The notes beneath the pieces were generated by a model. It worked only from the letters and a program-made list of their open reading frames with translations, did not search any database and was not told the DNA's origin. Below, piece by piece: positions 59,001 through 64,000 of a stretch of DNA of 64,000 bases. A program made the translations under genes and the position numbers. The stretch lies in assembly GCF_009914755.1 (NCBI RefSeq), contig NC_060925.1, one strand, 5' to 3'. The stretch is from the human T2T-CHM13v2.0 reference genome, Homo sapiens. Within the stretch, counting starts at the first letter, position 1. Every line of letters begins with the position of its first letter.

Positions 59001-61396
59001 TAAAAATTAAATTTAAATGCGTATTTATTTTCTTGGTTAAAATCTTTCTTCTTCTTCCTGTGTGGATATCACTGGTGAAAACAAGCACATTTACTCTATT
59101 AGGCATTTTTACCTACACTTTCATGAATATATTAGACACCTAAGAGATGATGATGTGATGCAGGAGGCCACTGATTCTCCTGTGAAAATGGATGCTATTG
59201 GGGGAAACTATGTGAATGATTTGGGGGTTGAGGAAGAAAAACAATGAAGATGGAATATCGTGGGTGACAAGGAATTAATTCACATATCTGCCTAGGACTG
59301 AGTAGGATGGATGAATGTCTGGGTATTCATTGTAGGGTAAATGAGAAGGACATCCCACCTGACACCTCCATTAAAATGATATGTAGACTCAAAGTGCTTA
59401 ATAAAACAAGACTGTAACTACAAGAAATAGTAAATGAATCAAAAGAAAAAAGTGTAAGAAAACATATTACCTTTTAAATATCTCATTAACTTATTTATTA
59501 GTTATTGGACAGTGGTAAAAGCATATAAATCAGAATTAAGATGGAAAATAAAATAGAGTAATAAGAAGTATTTCTGAATAAATAGTCAAGTATTTTATTT
59601 AATCCTTGGCTTCTCCTTTTTACTTTTATGTTCTTTTAAAATTTAAAGAGATAGTGAAAAATTAAATAATCAATATAGTTAAGATCTTTTGACTCTTTGA
59701 GGCATTTTTAAGAAAAACTTCTGATTCATCAAAACATTCTGAAAGAATGGGAGCGACAGCTCTGGTTTCTGCTTTTACACTAACTTTTAAGGAATTCATT
59801 GTAAATCTATAAGTTTGCTCAGACCCAGTTACATTTGTTGAAGGCAAATGATAATTATATTTGTTGAAGACAAATGTTAGTTAAATATTCATTGTTGTTC
59901 ACCTATTCTTTTCTTTCACAACTCCTAGATCCTTTCTAACCTTTCAACATATTCTTTCAGATTTTGTTAACTTTTAACTTCCCTTTTAATTTTAGAGGTT
60001 CTGCAATAGCTTCTGCAAGATATTTCTTTGTGTGTAGGGAATGTAGGATTACAGGTTAATGTTCAGTATGGAACTTACAATTTATCATATGTGATGAATT
60101 ATATCAGAATTAAGATGATTGAAAATAGCATCTAAGTGGGGAGAAGCGTGACTAGATAAATAGAGAAAATTCAGTATCACTTGAGCATGTAAACTGATAC
60201 TGATAGGCAGACAAACAAACTGTTGCTATGAACCTTCAGAGACACCAAGTATTCTTAAATGACAAAGACCTGTTGTTGTTTCAAATCTCTTAACAATTTT
60301 TTGAGCCATGAAAATCTAACATGATTTTGTTTTAGTGATTATTTATTTACATGTTCTTTCCTGTTAGGTTACGTGTTGAAAAATAAAAAAATATGAACAT
60401 AGTAGAGTACAGTAATACGCTACATCTGGGTTTTTTGGCTGTTATGGAGATATTTCTCTTTAAGTTCTAACTCTAGATATAAAGGCATCTATTTAAAGAA
60501 GGTAACTTCTCTATATCTAACTTTAGATACAAAGGTATTCTATTTAAAGAAGAATACATGGAAGTGTGGTTACTGAGGACTAATTACCTTCAAGAATGTA
60601 GTAAGTAGTTCAAGCAAGTAATGATACCAAATAAGCAATTCTACAATTTTTGCAAGTATGATTAGCATGTGATAGGAATATACATATTTAAAGCTGACTA
60701 TGTCATTCCTTTTCTCAAGCCTTTTGCTGTGATTATTTTTAATGTCACTTGAAATTCACTTGGCTTGCTCTTCTACTAGCTCAGGAAGAAGTTTGAAAAT
60801 GTTTAATAAAGTTTCTTACTTTAGATCTCTCAAGAATATGTACTAATTAGATTTGTGTCATAAAAAAAGATAGCAGAAAACGTTATAACGCATCACAAAA
60901 TAATTAATGCACTTTTATTATTTGAAAAACAGCATACGTCGAGATTTTAGACAATGATCTATTGGCATAAAGTAAAGGCACCCACAAAAAATGACCAGTT
61001 TATGGCCAAACTGATTGTTTTTAGGAAAGCAGATTTATCTTGTTGCTAGGTCAGAAGTGTGAATTATTCTTCCCAAGTCAGTTTTTGTCTCAGAATGTTG
61101 CAAGTGGCTGATTTTAAGGGGTTTATATATAGCTCTGGGCTGAGAGTTACATCCCAAGGATTTGGAGTTGAAATTTAAAGAGACTTGACACTGATTTCTT
61201 TAAGAGACACCATTCAATATTAGTGAGACCAGGAATCACCATTTATTAAAAGATAACCAAATTGTTGATTTTCTGTATATAACTGTGATATATAAACACT
61301 TTAGAATATCACAATGGGCCTATTTTAAAAAATAATCAGTTTTGTTTTTAAAATTTAAATTAGATTTAAGAAATATTTATTACATTCCTAGTATAG

Positions 61397-62120
<724 letters not shown>

Positions 62121-63164
62121 CTACTGGTTAACTGTAGGCATTGTATCCACACTGAGACTACAGCTACAACAGCAAAATTTGACAGTTTTTGAATTTATGA
62201 AGCTTAAATAAAATAAAGCAATTTGAAATTATGGTAAATAATTTAAAGCCAAACAAAAAAAATGATGAGAAAGAAAAACGAGTTTATAAGAGAAGGTTTC
62301 CTTGGGAGATGGTATTTAAACTGATATGAAATATGAGACATAGAGTCTTGAAGATGAACATTCCAGCGGGCATAGCATGCAAAACCACCTCGAGGAACTG
62401 AAACAAAGCCAGCATGGGGAGGAGATGACTGAGAAGCAGGATGGCCAGGATTGGATTTGAGAGGCAGGAAGGCAGGGAGCAGCTGCTGCAGGATTCAGAC
62501 TTATTACAGGTTACAGACCTTTATATAAAATTGCCTTCTCTATATTTCCCCTTAGATATCCTCTAGGCTCCTTAAGCTCAAAATGCCTGACCCTATGCTT
62601 CTCCTTCTTTGTTCCTTATATCTGAAAATAAAATCTTGATCTACCCGGGGATGTCAGCCCAACACATTCTTGGAAGTTCTCTTTATTATATCCCCTGAGG
62701 GGATATGTTTTGTTCTTCTTTGCTAACAACTCTGGACTCTGTCCTCTACTCACCCTGCCCTCTTTCATCATATTCAGTCATGGACACCAGCAGTTGCTTA
62801 ACTAGTTGTTGTGGTCACCTCACGGAGGGCAGCATCAAACACCCATTTAAAATTTGGTTTGAATGCAGACTAATGATACCATACATGCACCAAGAGGATA
62901 TGAAAAGAGTTAAATAATGAGGCCTTCTAAGGAGGTCAGGGCAGCTTTCCAAGTGGGTATAAAAATGACTTGAGAAAACAGAGAAGGAAACTGTGTTATG
63001 TTGTCATGTACTTGCACGATTTGAGTTCCTTGCTGACACCAAGAGAATGAATGTGGGCTTTCTTTTCAGCTTGCCTGGATGTTAGGGAAAAGGAGATGAT
63101 GGAAGGATGGGACTTGAAAGTTGTGAGTGGCCAAACACAAAATATGGAATCAGATACTTTATTA

Positions 63165-63510
63165 CACTAGTCTTTCTGACTCCAGTATTGATTCCCTAAA
63201 TCTGTTCTCCATGCTTCAATCTGTGACTATTCTAAAATTTAGGTGATCTCATATCTTTTCTTCACTTAAAATTTCATTGTCATAAATACAAGTCCGAGTT
63301 CCTTAATGTGGCATCTGAGGTCCTTCGTTGCTTGTCTTCTCACATTTTCAAGTTTTTTCTTAATATTCCTACCTTCACATTCCATTTTCCAGCCACACTG
63401 GTTAGCTGGAGCACCATAACATGCCTTGCTCCCACACTTCTAGATTTTTGTTTGCTTTTTTCCCCAATGTCTGAAATACTGTTTTCTCCTCTACTCCCAT
63501 ATGTTTCTTT
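63165..63510 (+). mobile_element. L2 fragment
   Basis: aatctgttctccatgc..aaatacaagtccgagttccttaatgtggcatctgaggtcctt..ttccagccacactgg. Confidence 0.6.
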
Positions 63511-63514
63511 ATTA

Positions 63515-64000
63515 ATTTCAGTTTTATGAAGTATAATTTACATAAATAAAATTTTTACCCTTTAAAAATGTACAGTTCATTGAAGTCTGACAAATGCCTA
63601 TAGTAATATAATTACTATCTCAAAGTAGAGAATGCCTCACCAACCCCAAAAAGTTCCTTTGTACCACTTTACAGTCACACTGTCCCTTTATACCCAGCCC
63701 CTACAGATCTGTTTCTTTAGTTTTGTCTTTTCATGATCTTATAAATGGAATTACAAGGTAGGTGGCACTTTGCTTCTGTTTTTTTCCACTAACATAAGAC
63801 TTTGTGATATTCATCCGTATATTTGAATATATCGGTTGTTTATTTCCTTTTTATTGCTGAATTAGTATTTCATTGCATGGCCATAGCATAATTTATTTAT
63901 CCATTTACCAGTTGACAGACCTATGGATTACTTCCAGTGTTGGGCAATTATAAATATATTTGCTATAAGCATTGCTATACAGGTCTTTGTGTGTGTACAC
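63515..64000 (-). mobile_element. L1MB-type 3' end (runs off the window)
   Basis: ttttatgaagtataatttacata..tgtacagttc..ccccaaaaagttcc..tttattgctga.ttagtatttcattgcatgg..ccatttaccagttga. Confidence 0.85.

Noticed and set aside
60171-60203. Short hairpin tcagtatca/tgatactga (also tgaccag/ctggtca near 35953 and a 14-bp tandem near 52057)
   Set aside because: Short enough to be expected by chance or simple slippage in 64 kb of AT-rich DNA.

Overview
AT-rich primate genomic DNA, almost certainly human: it carries an L1HS-Ta insertion and an AluYa5, both human-specific subfamilies. It looks intergenic or deep intronic. I found no recognisable host protein-coding exon, RNA gene or CRISPR array. The ORF track is explained by decayed L1 ORF1/ORF2 fragments, Alu/LTR read-through and chance. 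The window is a layered transposon landscape: nine Alus, including two head-to-head pairs; MaLR solo LTRs (MLT1A, THE1, MST); an LTR27/28-like solo LTR; and a complete non-coding LOR1 (MER4-group ERV1) provirus with both LTRs, a tRNA-Glu PBS, PPT and 4-bp TSD, which hosts a MER52 LTR and a THE1 that itself contains an AluY. There is also a 5.2-kb twin-primed L1PA5-like element inside an older antisense L1PA8-like element, plus DNA-transposon MITEs (MADE1, Tigger3, MER2, MER5). The structure least explained by repeat annotation is a set of local templated-insertion scars: a 119-bp inverted duplication of apparently unique DNA, a perfect 34-bp inverted self-copy plus snap-back inside an L1, and a run of four hairpins in the provirus. 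The L1 inversion also creates an in-frame ORF1-start/ORF2-C-terminus fusion on the minus strand. I see no evidence of a new gene system. Subfamily names come from recalled consensus sequences, not from a search.
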